Virus record (IMG/VR): IMGVR_UViG_2660238061_000004 | Reading direction: 5' to 3' (one strand) | DNA from: a virus | Taxonomy: Duplodnaviria > Heunggongvirae > Uroviricota > Caudoviricetes | Length of the DNA stretch: 26,702 nucleotides | Shown here: one piece after another, positions 25,513 to 26,702 of the stretch | Layout of the letters: each line of letters starts with the position of its first letter | Numbering within the stretch: the first letter of the stretch is position 1 | Notes under the pieces: model-generated | What the model saw: only the letters and a program-made list of their open reading frames with translations | Told to the model about the DNA's origin: nothing | The model's database searches: none | Position numbers and translations under genes: made by a program

Positions 25513-26702
25513 CTGAAGGGCTCTCCGATGATCTCTTCAAGATGGCTCTGCCAAACGCGGAGCCAGTGTTTCTGATCATCGATATAGTCATGAAGGTTGT
25601 AATGCGCCATAACCCCCACCATCTGATGCCCGAGCAGCTTTTCAATTACGTGCGGCGGGCAACCTAACTCAGAGAGATTTGTGGCTATCGTCCGCCTCAT
25701 ATCATGAAGCGACCACTCTGCCATACCTGTTCCATTCCAAATAGAACGGGCGTAATTGGATGCCACAGGTGAATGAACGGGCGAATCTTTGATCCCGCCA
25801 TCAATTTTACGTTGTGAAGTCACCAGGTGATTGGTGTTTATTTTCTTGAGGTGATTTCTGACCAGGTTAACGGCGGCGTCTGAGAGTCCCCTTCTAATAT
25901 GTACCCGAGTTTTATAACTGCCCGCAGGCACGACCCACTCATTATCATCCAATCGAAACCATGATCTCTCACTAAGTCGAATCTCAGCCGTACGGCATCC
26001 GGTAAGCATAATAAATTTCACCAGGAAAACGGACTCTATCGACATATGGCTTTTCAACCACTGATAGATTTTGCGCAGATCGTCATCGTCCATCCTGCGA
26101 GTTCTCTTTTTAGGCTTTTGCCCGACATCAGATGGCAGTAATCCCTCGAGTGGGTTTGAGGCGATCACACTTCTGTTAACGCAGAACCTAAAGGCCCGTT
26201 TGCACAGCGAAAGCATGTAATGAGCCATCACCCTGCTTTCTATAGAATCGAAGACGTTGATCCAGTGCATTTTCGCTGTGTTATCGACTTTGACATTCTT
26301 CATCGGTTCGGCGATATGTTTCTCAAACACCTGGCGATAGTAATCGACTTTAACTAGCCCGTTAGCGATACAGTGCCTTTCAATCCAGTAATTGAACGCT
26401 TCGGCAACGGACATCGCTTCCTGTCGGGTCTGCTTATCCAGCTTCACCTGCTCTCGCGGATCCAGTCCCTCAGTTAACCAGTTTCTGAATTGTTGGCGAC
26501 GCTCTCTTGCCTGGGTGATACTCATTGCAGGATAATCACCAACATTGAGTTTTACCGCTTTACCGGCCCAGCGATACCGATAGAAAAATGATATTTTTCC
26601 GGCCTGGCTGATTCTGGCGTTGAGCCCGTGCGAATCAGAAATAATCTCGATATCATCTCTTTTCTTGCCGAGCGCCTTCCTGAGCTTTGTGTCGGTGATC
26701 AT
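25509..26702 (-). CDS. int: tyrosine integrase, P4-like
   Basis: 397 aa; C-terminal catalytic region with ...HDMRRT...LLGH...AHY...; ATG falls exactly on the last three bases of the window. Confidence 0.9.

Noticed and set aside
1-26702. CRISPR array or insertion sequence
   Set aside because: No regularly spaced direct repeats with unique spacers and no intact transposase with terminal inverted repeats; the only repeats are iterons, operators, terminator hairpins and the intragenic recE motif.

Overview
The window is most of a lambdoid temperate prophage from an enterobacterial host, in inverted orientation relative to the lambda map (late genes on the minus strand). From left to right: a head module (major capsid interrupted by a 10-N gap, capsid-associated protein, scaffold-like protein, frameshifted Mu-F/SPP1-gp7-like head morphogenesis gene, portal, large and small terminase); a phage-21-type lysis cassette (dual-start pinholin, SAR endolysin, Rz/Rz1); a Q-position gene; a DLP12-like nin region (RusA, YbcO-like, DUF1367-like); a DinI-like gene behind a near-perfect LexA box; an AT-rich roughly 2.5 kb accessory island of orphan genes; replication initiator O with internal iterons; a Cro/CI-like immunity switch with triplicated operators at both promoter regions; a two-gene AT-rich module in the rexAB position; a RecE/RecT operon; and an AlpA-like regulator plus a P4-type integrase at the right edge. 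No rRNA, tRNA or CRISPR was seen. The best candidates for an undescribed system are the central island (13.0-15.5 kb) and the rex-position pair (19176..19985); both are inferences from position and composition, not from recognised homology. All family assignments are from reading the translations by eye and from memory of these families; no searches were run. Coordinates follow the supplied ORF track, with starts adjusted by codon arithmetic where an internal start looked better.
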